DNA of 64,000 nt, taken from NCBI GenBank assembly GCA_017503105.1, contig JAFVTS010000008.1:133453-197452 (forward strand), in the 5' to 3' direction. Of this stretch, positions 1 through 9,493 are shown in pieces (the first letter of the stretch is position 1; each line of letters begins with the position of its first letter). The notes under the pieces are model-generated. The model did no database searches. It had not been told where the DNA came from and saw only the letters and a list, made by a program, of their open reading frames with translations. The position numbers were made by a program, and so were the translations under genes. This DNA comes from Clostridia bacterium. Lineage in GTDB: Bacteria; Bacillota; Clostridia; Oscillospirales; CAG-272.

Positions 1-138
1 GGTGACGTTGATTTTAACTCAGTCAAGGAAAAGGCTTCCTTCATAACTCCCGTGCCGGGCGGTGTCGGTCCTATGACCATCACGATGTTGCTCGCAAATA
101 CTCTCACCGCGGCTCAAAAACAGGTAAAAATTTACTGA
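1..138 (+). CDS. folD: C-terminal fragment of methylenetetrahydrofolate dehydrogenase/cyclohydrolase FolD (5' end outside window)
   Basis: Frame 1 reads [45 protein letters not shown]. The [13 protein letters not shown] block is the conserved FolD C-terminus. TGA at 136-138. Confidence 0.75.
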   Translation, partial: GDVDFNSVKEKASFITPVPGGVGPMTITMLLANTLTAAQKQVKIY

Positions 139-173
139 TTTAAAAAAAAATTACAGAAATTCAAAAAAATCCC

Positions 174-202
174 TTGACAAATGAGTTTGTTTCATATATA
201 AT
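174..202 (+). promoter_or_regulatory. Sigma-A type promoter for rpsU
   Basis: TTGACA (174-179), 17-nt spacer, TATAAT (197-202), about 58 nt upstream of the rpsU ATG. Confidence 0.55.
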
Positions 203-259
203 TATATAGTAAAAAATATGAGATTTAATCTCTTTGCACAGCGAGGGGAGGGGAAATAG

Positions 260-436
260 ATGGCAGAAATCAGAGTTAAGGACAACGAGACTCTTGACAG
301 TGCGCTTCGTCGTTTCAAGAGACAGTGCGCAAAGTCCGGCGTTCTTGCAGAGCTTCGTAAGAGAGAGCACTACGAGAAGCCCAGCGTAAAGCGCAAGAAG
401 AAGTCCGAAGCTGCAAGAAAGCGCAAGTATAAGTAA
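260..436 (+). CDS. rpsU: 30S ribosomal protein S21
   Basis: 58-aa ORF missing from the ORF track (under 60 aa): [58 protein letters not shown]. Typical S21 sequence, with GGGGAGGGG RBS upstream. Confidence 0.92.
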   Translation: MAEIRVKDNETLDSALRRFKRQCAKSGVLAELRKREHYEKPSVKRKKKSEAARKRKYK

Positions 437-446
437 TTTATACGAA

Positions 447-550
447 AAAAGAACAAGCCCTACGGCATATTCAAAAACGTTCGTTCGATCAGCGTAAGCT
501 ATCGCGGTTGACGGTTTTGTATCACGCCATCGGCTTGTTCTTTTATTTTT
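447..550 (+). terminator. Terminator-like long-range helix downstream of rpsU enclosing a 72-nt insert
   Basis: AAAAGAACAAGCC (447-459) pairs perfectly with GGCTTGTTCTTTT (532-544), followed by a T-rich run to 550. The interior contains a GNRA hairpin, GATcAGC-GTAA-GCTATC (about 487-504). Confidence 0.4.
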
Positions 551-635
551 GGAAAAATCAGCTTTCACAGGTCATAATTTTCACGTTTTATATCTTAAGA
601 AAAGTGAAAATATAAAACAGAAGGGATGTGAATCT

Positions 636-1412
636 GTGAAAAAAATATTTATCAGAGCTACGGCGCTTTTTCTCGTTCTGTCAGCTCTCGTCAGCGTGCC
701 TGCTTCGGCGGCGGAAAAATCGTTTTCTTGGTCAACCGTAAGAAACGGAAATCTTCAGCCGAAATTTCCTCCCGAGCTCAGTGCCGTAGAAAACTACGGC
801 GGATATTACCTTGATAGATCTCACGGCGACGATTCCGACGATAAAGTGCTTTATCTTACCTTTGACGCGGGATATGAAAACGGCAATATAGCAAAAATAC
901 TTGACGTAATGAAAGAAAAGGGTGTGACGGGAGCGTTTTTCGTGCTCGATCACTTGATAATCAAAAACCCCGAGCTCATTAAAAGAATGAAAAATGAAGG
1001 ACATCTCGTTTGCAACCATACAAAAAATCACAAAGACCTTTCTTTCGCAACGAAGGATGAGATAAAAAACGACCTCGAAGCTCTGGAAAAAATATGTCGC
1101 GACAGGGTGGGGTTTGAGCTTGATAAGTATTTCCGTTTTCCCGAAGGAAAATACTCGCTCTCTGCATTAAAGCACGTTCGGGATCTTGGGTATAAAACCG
1201 TATTCTGGAGCTTTGCCTATTACGATTGGGACAATAAAAATCAGCCAAAGAAGGCGACGGCAATTAAAAAGATACTTTCGAACACGCATAACGGAGCCGT
1301 CATTCTGTTGCACCCGACGTCCGAGACGAATGCCGCTATTCTCGGAGAGCTTATCTCTGCTTGGCAAAAATCGGGCTACCGCTTCGGAACGCTTGACGAA
1401 TTAACGAAATAA
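636..1412 (+). CDS. pdaA: Polysaccharide deacetylase, PdaA-like (muramic delta-lactam de-N-acetylase family), secreted
   Basis: ORF 549..1412. Probable GTG start at 636 gives the signal peptide VKKIFIRATALFLVLSALVSVPASA. Motifs LYLTFDAGYENGN, NHTKNHKDL and LLHPTSETNA align along the length with B. subtilis PdaA as I recall it. Confidence 0.75.
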   Translation: MKKIFIRATALFLVLSALVSVPASAAEKSFSWSTVRNGNLQPKFPPELSAVENYGGYYLDRSHGDDSDDKVLYLTFDAGYENGNIAKILDVMKEKGVTGAFFVLDHLIIKNPELIKRMKNEGHLVCNHTKNHKDLSFATKDEIKNDLEALEKICRDRVGFELDKYFRFPEGKYSLSALKHVRDLGYKTVFWSFAYYDWDNKNQPKKATAIKKILSNTHNGAVILLHPTSETNAAILGELISAWQKSGYRFGTLDELTK

Positions 1413-1487
1413 ACGAAGAAAATAAAAAAGAGGAAAAGCTAAAGTTTCAAACCTCAGCTCACCTCAAAAACGTGTTTAAATTATAAA

Positions 1488-1523
1488 GGTACTGTGTTTT
1501 TCCACAGTACCTCTCGTTTTTTG
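1488..1523. terminator. Bidirectional rho-independent terminator (pdaA / ybaK)
   Basis: GGTACTGTG (1488-1496), loop TTTTTC, CACAGTACC (1503-1511), then TCTCGTTTTTT. An almost identical hairpin recurs at 7088-7125. Confidence 0.7.
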
Positions 1524-1544
1524 TTTTCTATGCCTAACAGCCGC

Positions 1545-2027
1545 TTATACCGTTATATCGGACAGACTGAAGGGAATGACCTTTTTAAGATCAGACGTCG
1601 AAAGCTCTACTTGATATCCGATCCTTCCTGCGCTGAAATATATCGTATCAAAGCTTTCTGCCGTAATATTTATCACGGTTTTGAAGAATTTCTTCATTCC
1701 GATCGGTGAGCACCCACCGTGAACGTAGCCCGTAAGAGGCAATAGCTCTTTAGATTTCAGCATATCTACCGATTTCTCCGCAACGGCTTTTGCCGCTTTC
1801 TTCAAATCCAATTCACGGTTAACGGGGATAACAAAAACGTATTTATTTCCGCTTTTTCCGACCGTAACGAGCGTTTTAAAGCATCTGTCGGGATCTTCTC
1901 CGAGTCTTGCTGCGATCTCCATTCCGTTGGTTTCACCCGTGTCTGAGTAAATATGGGGTATATACGGTATCTTTTTTTGCTCAAGAATACGCATTACGTT
2001 AGTTTTTTCATCATTCTTTTGTGCCAT
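1545..2027 (-). CDS. ybaK: Cys-tRNA(Pro)/Cys-tRNA(Cys) deacylase YbaK/EbsC
   Basis: 160 aa with CFKTLV, LTGYVHGGCSPIGMKK and YFSAGRIG motifs typical of the YbaK trans-editing domain. Confidence 0.85.
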   Translation of the reverse strand: MAQKNDEKTNVMRILEQKKIPYIPHIYSDTGETNGMEIAARLGEDPDRCFKTLVTVGKSGNKYVFVIPVNRELDLKKAAKAVAEKSVDMLKSKELLPLTGYVHGGCSPIGMKKFFKTVINITAESFDTIYFSAGRIGYQVELSTSDLKKVIPFSLSDITV

Positions 2028-2028
2028 T

Positions 2029-3081
2029 TTACTCTATACCGTTCCGCTTTTTTATTTCTTCAAGAAGCTCCTTGTCGGTAACGTCATCACGCATAATGAC
2101 ATCGGTATCTTCCTCGGTGGGGCGCTCCTCGGGATGCTCCCGGTAATAAGGCTCGATCATCAGCTCCTCGATCTTGAAATACGCCGCGTAAACCTTCATA
2201 TAAGCAGAGCTTGCGAAGAAGATAAGCAAAGGCAAGGCAATAGCAAAGGAGATCAGAACACCGCCAAAAGCGAAGATGAACAGAAATTCAAAAAGAAGAA
2301 ATACCGCAGTGCCAAGGAGGGGGAATATATTTCTTTTCATTCCGAGAAGACAGAAGATCAAAGAATTCTTGATTATTTTGAAAATCGAAAGCTTGAACGT
2401 GACCATCTGAACGTAAATATAATATCTCATAATGAAATATAAGATGAATATTATCACGTTAGCCCAGAACATCATCGAAGCAATAAACTTAGCCTCTCCG
2501 AAAACGAGATTGTATATGTTGAAAATCAGAACGGCGTTTATGGCAACGTCTATTATACCAAACGGAATAGCTTGCTTTAAATTACGTTTGACCGCATACC
2601 AGAAATCGCTCCAAAGGAACACGGGCTCGCCCTTCGCTATATTTCTGAGAATATACGCGGTGCCAACGTTCACGATACCGAACGTAAACACGGTGAGTGC
2701 TCCTATCGCGTAGAATACGTACGTGAGCGCCGTGGGTATCAAAACGCGCTCCTGAAGCCCCACGAGAGCGAAGACCGACATCGTATCGGGCGCAACACCC
2801 TCCACGGCAAGCATATTTCCGTAACCGTGGAAAATATCGGAGAAGGGAAGAAATCCCTCAGCTTTCGTATATCCCGCCAATGCCGCGATAAGGAAAAACA
2901 AGGGGAAATTCCCGAGAACCATAAAAATGTTTACGGAAACGATCTTACCGATATTGTCTTTATAGGTAATAAAGAAACGTTTAAATCCGGAGCGGCTCAT
3001 CGTTGGCTTTTTTCCAAGTCCTCTGCCGTCCTTTGCTATATCGAAAAGCTTAAGCTTTCCTTTTTTATCCTTCTTGTTCAA
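2029..3081 (-). CDS. Polytopic membrane protein, DUF624/YesL-like (tentative)
   Basis: 350 aa with multiple hydrophobic segments. N-terminal FFITYKDNIGKIVSVNIFMVLGNFPLFF resembles DUF624. Acidic C-terminal tail. Abuts ybaK. Confidence 0.6.
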   Translation of the reverse strand: MNKKDKKGKLKLFDIAKDGRGLGKKPTMSRSGFKRFFITYKDNIGKIVSVNIFMVLGNFPLFFLIAALAGYTKAEGFLPFSDIFHGYGNMLAVEGVAPDTMSVFALVGLQERVLIPTALTYVFYAIGALTVFTFGIVNVGTAYILRNIAKGEPVFLWSDFWYAVKRNLKQAIPFGIIDVAINAVLIFNIYNLVFGEAKFIASMMFWANVIIFILYFIMRYYIYVQMVTFKLSIFKIIKNSLIFCLLGMKRNIFPLLGTAVFLLFEFLFIFAFGGVLISFAIALPLLIFFASSAYMKVYAAYFKIEELMIEPYYREHPEERPTEEDTDVIMRDDVTDKELLEEIKKRNGIE

Positions 3082-3240
3082 AATACTAAAAAGCTCCTTC
3101 TAATTCACTGTATTTAATAATAGCATAAACGGAGCTCATTTTCAAGTGATATGCAATAAATATTTACAAATAAAGCGAAAAACCTTGTATTTTTTATCAT
3201 TTTTTGTTATAATTTTAAAGGTAAGGAAGGAAGTCCGTCA

Positions 3241-3801
3241 ATGAACATTCAAGATTTTGATATATTTAAAAAAATCCCGAGCTTAAAAACCGAGCGACTG
3301 ATATTGAGAAAAATAGAAAAAAGCGATTTAGACGATATTTTTGAATACTCCTCTGATCCCGAAATTTCAAAATATCTCCTCTGGTCAAAGCACGAAAACA
3401 AAAGAGTGACGAAGAGATACCTCTCGGACGTTTTGAAAAAATATAAAAACGGGCAATTTTACGATTGGGCAATCGAGCTTGACGGTAAAATGATAGGTAT
3501 ATGCGGCTTTTCCCGTATCGACGTTTTAAACGACAGCGCGGAAGCGGGCTATATCGTAGCGCGTCCGTATCAGGGCAGAGGCATCGCCTCGGAAGCCCTT
3601 AAGGCGGTTTTGGAATTCGGATTCAACGTCCTTCAGCTGAGCGTGATAAAGTGCATCTCTTTTGAAGAGAACGCCGCGAGCAGAGCGGTGATGAAAAAAT
3701 GCGGAATGAAGGAAGAGGGCGTAATAAAAAATTACACGTTTCAAAAAGAAACGGTAAGAAACGCCGTTATAGCCTCTATAACAAAAGAAGAAATGCCGTA
3801 A
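3241..3801 (+). CDS. GNAT family N-acetyltransferase (RimJ/RimL-like)
   Basis: 186 aa. The core YQGRGIASEALKAVLEFGF is the acetyl-CoA binding Q/RxxGxG/A motif. Confidence 0.8.
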   Translation: MNIQDFDIFKKIPSLKTERLILRKIEKSDLDDIFEYSSDPEISKYLLWSKHENKRVTKRYLSDVLKKYKNGQFYDWAIELDGKMIGICGFSRIDVLNDSAEAGYIVARPYQGRGIASEALKAVLEFGFNVLQLSVIKCISFEENAASRAVMKKCGMKEEGVIKNYTFQKETVRNAVIASITKEEMP

Positions 3802-3888
3802 GTTTTTTAAAAGAGCTCATCAAAACGAGTCATATTGAAATCGTTTTTTTCATACCTATTAACAGAAAGTTTTTTCCGGAGGGGTAAA

Positions 3889-5079
3889 ATGAAAAAAACG
3901 ATTTCTTTATTTTTGGCAATGCTTTTCATCAGCATCGCCGCAGTACCGATTTATGCAGAAAACGCACAAAAAACAGAGGCAGAATATTGGGACGTATACG
4001 TTCCGAGCACCGACGCCGAGCTTGACCTCGGTGTAAAATCGGCGATTTTGGTAGAAGCGAAAACGGGTAAAGTTCTTTACGAGCACAACGCGCACGAGCC
4101 GCTCGCACCCGCATCAGTCACGAAAACGATGACCTTACTTTTAGTGGCGGAAGCCGTTGCGTCGGGACAAATATCACCGAGCGATGAGGTTATTATAAGC
4201 GAATACGCAGCTTCTATGGGCGGCAGCCAGGTCTTTTTAAAGGAAGGCGAGGCTATGAGCGTTGAGGAGCTGATAAAATGCACGGTGATAGCAAGCGCCA
4301 ACGACGCCGCCGTAGCTTTGGCTGAACATATTTCGGGGAACGAAAGATCCTTCGTTTCGGCAATGAACGAAAAGGCAAAAGCACTCGGTCTTAAGGGCTC
4401 CGTTTTTGAAAATACGACGGGCCTTGACGACGACGTCACGGAGCATACTATGTGCGCGTCCGATATTGCGACAATATCGAGAGAGCTCTTAAAGCACGGG
4501 ATAATAACGAAATATTCGTCCGTTTGGCAGGATTCCATACGAAACGGAGAATTCACCCTTACCAACACGAACCGCCTCGTAAGATATTACGAGGGCTGTA
4601 CGGGTCTGAAAACGGGTTCGACGGATAAGGCGGGATTCTGCGTCAGCGCGAGCGCAAAGAAGGGAAACACCGAGCTTATCGCCGTAATTATGGGTGCCGA
4701 GACGGGAAGTGCGAGAAACGAAGCCGCAAGAGGTCTTTTGGATTTCGGATTCTCAAATTACGCTTTATATAAATGCGCTCCGCACGACGCAGGACTGATA
4801 AAAACGATGGGTGCTAAGGTAAAAGACGCTCCGATAACGGCGCCCGATACGTTCTTCGCGGTAGTCAACAAGGCGGATCTGAACAAAGTTAGCGTATCGT
4901 ACGAATTGCCCGACAAAATTTGCGCACCTCTTTCCTCGGGCACTTGCGTCGGAAGAGTTATATACAAGGTCGGCGATAAGATAATAGGAAGCTCAGCCGT
5001 AATTTTAAAAGAAGATATTGAAAAAATAAGCTTCATCAACGTATTTTTCAACACGCTTTTGTCTTCGTTTACCGAGTAA
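3889..5079 (+). CDS. D-alanyl-D-alanine carboxypeptidase (PBP5/DacB/DacF class)
   Basis: ORF 3835..5079. ATG at 3889 follows a GGAGGGG RBS and gives the signal peptide MKKTISLFLAMLFISIAAVPIYA. SVTK (SxxK), SAN (SxN) and KTGST (KTG) motifs are present. Confidence 0.88.
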   Translation: MKKTISLFLAMLFISIAAVPIYAENAQKTEAEYWDVYVPSTDAELDLGVKSAILVEAKTGKVLYEHNAHEPLAPASVTKTMTLLLVAEAVASGQISPSDEVIISEYAASMGGSQVFLKEGEAMSVEELIKCTVIASANDAAVALAEHISGNERSFVSAMNEKAKALGLKGSVFENTTGLDDDVTEHTMCASDIATISRELLKHGIITKYSSVWQDSIRNGEFTLTNTNRLVRYYEGCTGLKTGSTDKAGFCVSASAKKGNTELIAVIMGAETGSARNEAARGLLDFGFSNYALYKCAPHDAGLIKTMGAKVKDAPITAPDTFFAVVNKADLNKVSVSYELPDKICAPLSSGTCVGRVIYKVGDKIIGSSAVILKEDIEKISFINVFFNTLLSSFTE

Positions 5080-5122
5080 AAAAATATATTTAAAAAATTA
5101 AAGAATTTTCTTGATTTTTCTA

Positions 5123-5151
5123 TTGAAAAACGTCTTCAATTGTTGTATAAT
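5123..5151 (+). promoter_or_regulatory. Sigma-A type promoter for pgi
   Basis: TTGAAA (5123-5128), 17 nt, TATAAT (5146-5151). Confidence 0.5.
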
Positions 5152-5186
5152 AGTATAAATTATTTATAATATTTGGAGGCAAATAA

Positions 5187-6527
5187 ATGGCAATCAAGCT
5201 TAACGACAAATTTTTGACTTCGTTTATCCGCAAAGAAGAGCTTGCTAATATGCAGAGTGCCGCAAGCAGTGCATACGAGCTCTTGCTGTCAAAGAAGGGG
5301 CCCGGTTCGGATTTTCTCGGCTGGGTCGATCTTCCCGTAAATTACGATAAAGCGGAGTTTTCGGCAATCAAGGCTGCCGCAGAAAAAATCAAAAAGTCCT
5401 GCGACATACTCGTTGTTATAGGTATAGGCGGCTCATACCTCGGCGCGCGCGCCGCAATTGAGTTCGTGAAGAGCCCGCTTTATAACAATTTGAAAAAGGA
5501 CACCCCCGATATATATTTCGCGGGAAATAATATTTCTCCGACCGCGCTTTCCGAGCTTATCTCCATTTGCGAGGGTAAGGATATTTGCGTAAACGTTATT
5601 TCCAAGTCCGGTACGACCACCGAGCCCGCAGTCGCTTTCAGAGTCTTCAAGGCGATGCTCACCGAAAAGTACGGTGAAGAGGGCGCAAGAGAGCGTATAT
5701 TCGTTACGACGGATAAATGCCGCGGAACGCTCAAGCAGTTCTCCGACGATGCGGGATACCAGACCTTCGTCGTGCCCGATGACGTTGGAGGACGCTTCTC
5801 GGTACTCACCGCCGTCGGACTTCTTCCTATCGCTTGCGCGGGAATCGATATTGACGATATGATGAAGGGCGCGGAGGACGCAAGAGCCGCATACTCTTCG
5901 CCGTTGATAGATGAGAACGACGCGATAAAATACGCGGCGCTCAGAAACGTCCTTTACAGAAAGGGCAAGTGCGTCGAGATCCTCGTCGGTTACGAGCCTT
6001 ATATGCTGATGCTCAACGAGTGGTGGAAACAGCTTTACGGCGAGAGCGAGGGCAAGGACGGGAAGGGCATACTCCCCGATTCCGTAGTATTCTCCACGGA
6101 TCTGCACTCTCTCGGACAGTATATCCAAGACGGTCAGAGAAATCTCTTTGAAACCGTTATAAGCGTGAAGAACCCCGGTGCGGAATTTATCATTCCGAAC
6201 GATCCCGCAAACGTAGACGGACTCAATTTCATATCCGGTAAAAGCCTTGACTTCGTTAACAAGACCGCGATGCTCGCGACTCTTATGGCGCATAACGACG
6301 GAGGCGTGCCAAACATTCTTCTCGAGCTCGATGACAGAAGCGCTCACTCGTTCGGATATACCGTTTATTTCTTTGAGCTTGCTTGTGCCGTTTCAGGTTA
6401 TATGCTCGGAGTTAACCCCTTCGACCAGCCCGGTGTTGAGGCATACAAAAAGAATATGTTTGCTCTTCTCGGCAAGCCCGGTTACGAAGATATGAAAAAA
6501 GCTCTCGAAGAAAGAATTTCGAAGTAA
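5187..6527 (+). CDS. pgi: Glucose-6-phosphate isomerase
   Basis: 446 aa of the Firmicute short-type PGI. Motifs [33 protein letters not shown] and [12 protein letters not shown]. Confidence 0.93.
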   Translation: MAIKLNDKFLTSFIRKEELANMQSAASSAYELLLSKKGPGSDFLGWVDLPVNYDKAEFSAIKAAAEKIKKSCDILVVIGIGGSYLGARAAIEFVKSPLYNNLKKDTPDIYFAGNNISPTALSELISICEGKDICVNVISKSGTTTEPAVAFRVFKAMLTEKYGEEGARERIFVTTDKCRGTLKQFSDDAGYQTFVVPDDVGGRFSVLTAVGLLPIACAGIDIDDMMKGAEDARAAYSSPLIDENDAIKYAALRNVLYRKGKCVEILVGYEPYMLMLNEWWKQLYGESEGKDGKGILPDSVVFSTDLHSLGQYIQDGQRNLFETVISVKNPGAEFIIPNDPANVDGLNFISGKSLDFVNKTAMLATLMAHNDGGVPNILLELDDRSAHSFGYTVYFFELACAVSGYMLGVNPFDQPGVEAYKKNMFALLGKPGYEDMKKALEERISK

Positions 6528-6669
6528 AAAATGTACAAAATTACTTGTATATATTCAACAAATCTTATATTTTTGGATATTTTTCACTAAAAGCTATTGC
6601 TTTTTTTAAGCTTTTAGTGTAGAATATATATAGAGATATATACATCTCAAAACACAGGAGGACAAAACA

Positions 6670-7071
6670 ATGATAAAATTATTCATCGGCGGCAAGGGCT
6701 CGGGAAAAACTAAGACCCTCATTGAGCTTTCCAACAATGCTGCAAACACGAGCAAGGGCTCTGTAATCTGCATAGAAAAGGGAAGTAAGCTCAAGCACGA
6801 AATTACATATAAAGCAAGACTTATCGACACTGACGCGTACGCGGTTTGCGATGCAGAAGCGCTCTTTGGATTCATCGCAGGTATCCTTGCATCGAACAGC
6901 GATATCACGGACATCTTCGTTGATTCCGCACTTAAGATCGTTGGCGGCGACACCGCTTCGTTTGAAGCAATGCTCGGAAAGCTCAAGGCTATTTCGAACG
7001 ACGTTAATCTTGTAATGACCGTTTCCATTCCCGTTGAGGAATGCCCCGACGGTATCAAGGCATACGTTTGA
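6670..7071 (+). CDS. Stand-alone mini P-loop NTPase, function unknown
   Basis: 133 aa. Walker A GGKGSGKT at residues 7-14 and a Walker-B-like IFVDS. AGGAGGA RBS, own promoter-like TTGCTT-17-TAGAAT upstream, and its own terminator. Confidence 0.7.
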   Translation: MIKLFIGGKGSGKTKTLIELSNNAANTSKGSVICIEKGSKLKHEITYKARLIDTDAYAVCDAEALFGFIAGILASNSDITDIFVDSALKIVGGDTASFEAMLGKLKAISNDVNLVMTVSIPVEECPDGIKAYV

Positions 7072-7087
7072 TTTAACTTTAATAGAG

Positions 7088-7125
7088 AAGAGGTACTGTG
7101 CTTTTACACAGTACCTCTTTTTTAT
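7088..7125. terminator. Bidirectional rho-independent terminator
   Basis: AAGAGGTACTGTG (7088-7100), loop CTTTTA, CACAGTACCTCTT (7107-7119), T-run to 7124. Same core as the hairpin at 1488-1511. Confidence 0.75.
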
Positions 7126-7144
7126 GTCCGAAAGTGAAGGTCTT

Positions 7145-8173
7145 TTATCTTACCAATTCATCCTGTACGCCCGTTGCGTGATGGGATTTTATTACGGAAT
7201 CGACCTCTTCGATCGAGCTTATCGACATATCGCCCGAAACGGTATTTTTTATGGCGCTGAGCGCATTGCCGTATGACATAGAGCTTTCTATATCCTTATC
7301 CGAAAGAATACCGTACAAAACTCCCGCAACGTAAGCATCTCCGCTTCCGACGCGGTCGATGACCTCGATATTCCTATAATGCGGCTCCTCGTAAAACTTA
7401 CCGTCGAAATATATCCGTGAGCCGAAATTATGCCTCGTGGGGCTCACAGCCTCGCGTCGGGTCGTCGCAACGATCTTACATCCGTAAATATCCGAATAAG
7501 ACTTCATAATCTCATCAAGCGTTCCCGTTTTTTGCATCATACGTCTGGACGTTTCCTCCGAAACGAAGAGAATATCCACGAGCGGGAGTATCCACTCCAC
7601 GACCTTACGCGCATCGTCCTCGCTCCAGAGCGCAGCACGGTAATTTACGTCAAAGCTGATAGCGACACCGTTCTTTTTCATCCGTTTAATGACGTCAAGG
7701 GCGGTGGAGCGCAGGGTAGGGCTCAGTGCCAAAGAAATAGAGCTTATATGAAATATCCTTGTTTTTTCGTATATATCATCGGGTATCTCAGAGAGCTCAA
7801 GCGAACACACCGAGGAATTTCTTCTGTCATAAACGACTGCTGATTTTCTTGGATAAACGCCGCTTTCGTAATAATAAACGCCAAGACGCATATCATCGGT
7901 ATCATCCCAAACGATATAATCGTCAGAAACGTTACCGTATCTCACGCGCCTTGCTATAAAATGACCAAGCTTGTTTTTGGGAAGCTTGGTTATAAGTGCG
8001 GAGCGAACTCCGAGATTGGCAGCGCCCGAAGCCACGTTGAACTCCGAGCCGCCGCAATTTTTCTCAAATATTTCACTTTGCGAGATCTTATCCTTATCGG
8101 GAGGGGAAAGCCTGAGCATAACCTCACCGAAGCTTATAAGATCAAATTCCGCCTTTGGTTTTATAAAATTCAT
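7145..8173 (-). CDS. PfkB-family sugar kinase (2-dehydro-3-deoxygluconokinase-like)
   Basis: ORF 7145..8230. The ATG at 8173 (MNFIKPKAEFDLISFGEVMLRLSP) removes the overlap with the upstream gene. C-terminal DRVGSGDAYVAG is the PfkB signature. Confidence 0.82.
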   Translation of the reverse strand: MNFIKPKAEFDLISFGEVMLRLSPPDKDKISQSEIFEKNCGGSEFNVASGAANLGVRSALITKLPKNKLGHFIARRVRYGNVSDDYIVWDDTDDMRLGVYYYESGVYPRKSAVVYDRRNSSVCSLELSEIPDDIYEKTRIFHISSISLALSPTLRSTALDVIKRMKKNGVAISFDVNYRAALWSEDDARKVVEWILPLVDILFVSEETSRRMMQKTGTLDEIMKSYSDIYGCKIVATTRREAVSPTRHNFGSRIYFDGKFYEEPHYRNIEVIDRVGSGDAYVAGVLYGILSDKDIESSMSYGNALSAIKNTVSGDMSISSIEEVDSVIKSHHATGVQDELVR

Positions 8174-8174
8174 T

Positions 8175-8597
8175 TTAAGCAAGAGATGCTCTGATTTCGC
8201 CCGCCCACTTTTCAACAGCGGCAATTTCATCGGCAGAAACAGACTTCAAGAACTTGAAGGGAAGCCCTCCGTTGACGTAAAGAATGTTATCGTCAATAAC
8301 GTTACAGTTGCTGGTCTTCGCCATTTCTACAATCTTCTTTGCGTTTTCCTCACTTCCGTCGATAACGAAAGCGATATTCGCTGTGTTGTTTCTCGAAATC
8401 GTGCGAAGGAAGCGACAGAAGCTATCGGGCATAGTAGGCTTAGCCGTGGCAACTATGATAATAAGTCTTTCGCCGTCGCAGGGATAAGCGGGCATTATAA
8501 CGTCCGTATCCTTATCTGCCTCGATAAGCTTGGTAAGACGGTCAGCTATTGCAAGCATCTTTCCTTTCGAAGTTTGAGTAAGTACGCGCATTCTCAT
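8175..8597 (-). CDS. Hypothetical protein (possible flavodoxin-like fold), co-transcribed with the sugar kinase
   Basis: 140-aa ORF with a GGAGA RBS. Its stop is 1 nt from the kinase start. An extended -10 promoter (TTTACT-17-TGgTATAAT) lies on the minus strand at about 8640-8672. I recognise no motif. Confidence 0.55.
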   Translation of the reverse strand: MRMRVLTQTSKGKMLAIADRLTKLIEADKDTDVIMPAYPCDGERLIIIVATAKPTMPDSFCRFLRTISRNNTANIAFVIDGSEENAKKIVEMAKTSNCNVIDDNILYVNGGLPFKFLKSVSADEIAAVEKWAGEIRASLA

Positions 8598-8942
8598 TGG
8601 TTTAAAATCTCCGTTTCTTTATTATTTTTTTAAATAACAGAGATATTATACCATATTAAAAGAAAAAAGTAAATAGTATTTTAAGAATAATAACGAAAAT
8701 CCGAGAAAGAAATCGAATTTTAAAAAAATGATATAGGGAAGAGCGTTGCGAATTTTATTTAAAGCACGGAAAAAGAATGAATATCAAATCAATTACCGAT
8801 ATGCGCCGCGAAACCGATATTAACAAAAGCAAGTTTGTAACAACAGTAAAAAAAGCGTGGCGGGCAGAAAGACGGTCAGGGGCGCGCGCTTCCGAATACC
8901 CCGCGCGAGCGTTACGGATATAATCCCCCAAAAAACAGGGCT

Positions 8943-8971
8943 TGACACGGCGCCGAAAGGGCAGTAAAATG
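8943..8971 (+). promoter_or_regulatory. Orphan sigma-A-like promoter inside the ORF-free gap
   Basis: TTGACA (8943-8948), 17 nt, TAAAAT (8966-8971). No downstream CDS. It is followed by a 12-bp AT hairpin, AATTATACAAAA/TTTTGTATAATT (9001-9030). Confidence 0.35.
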
Positions 8972-9384
8972 GAAATGAAGAGAATCTCTCAACACAAGCA
9001 ATTATACAAAAGAAAAATTTTGTATAATTAAGGGAAGTAAAAATAGCTAAAATAAGGGGTTTTACCGTGTATTTCGCTATAATTTATCAAAATACGGTTT
9101 GTTTGATCTTTTTACCGTGCTGCTATGCGTACGCTCTTTTGCCGCTTTTCTGAATATCGTCTAATTAAATAAGCGTGTAATACGCACCGTACGCCATAAA
9201 AAACAAAATAGCGCGTACGGTGAGCTGTACACAAAAGTTTTATAAAAAAGTCAAAGGGTGAGTATCGTGCAGTGTAACTTTTAAAAATTTTCACGGTACA
9301 CACTTCCGTAAATAAAAAATAACAAAAATCCTTTATCTATCGTCCTATTATGAAAAAGACGCGCAAAAATGATTACAAAGCTCT

Positions 9385-9413
9385 TGATTTAACGTCGCTG
9401 ATGATATATAATA
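9385..9413 (+). promoter_or_regulatory. Orphan sigma-A-like promoter (candidate sRNA start)
   Basis: TTGATT (9385-9390), 17 nt, TATAAT (9408-9413). The terminator at 9494-9518 lies about 100 nt downstream, with no ORF between. Confidence 0.35.
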
Positions 9414-9493
9414 GATATAATAGAAAAAGAAGAAATACGAAAAAAAGAAAGAAAAGCCCGAGATAAAGGCTGAAAAATCACGAAAAAAACGGA

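Noticed and set aside
161-568. 135-aa minus-strand ORF from the track
   Set aside because: It overlaps rpsU (a textbook S21 sequence with promoter and RBS) on the opposite strand and has no motif of its own. It is spurious.
8778-8924. 48-aa plus-strand ORF (MNIKSITDMRRETDINKSKFVTTVKKAWRAERRSGARASEYPARALRI) in the large gap
   Set aside because: It has only a weak purine stretch as RBS, no terminator and no recognisable motif. Its C-terminal half is just the translation of the GC-rich palindromic island. It is not reported as a gene, but is mentioned under the gap finding.
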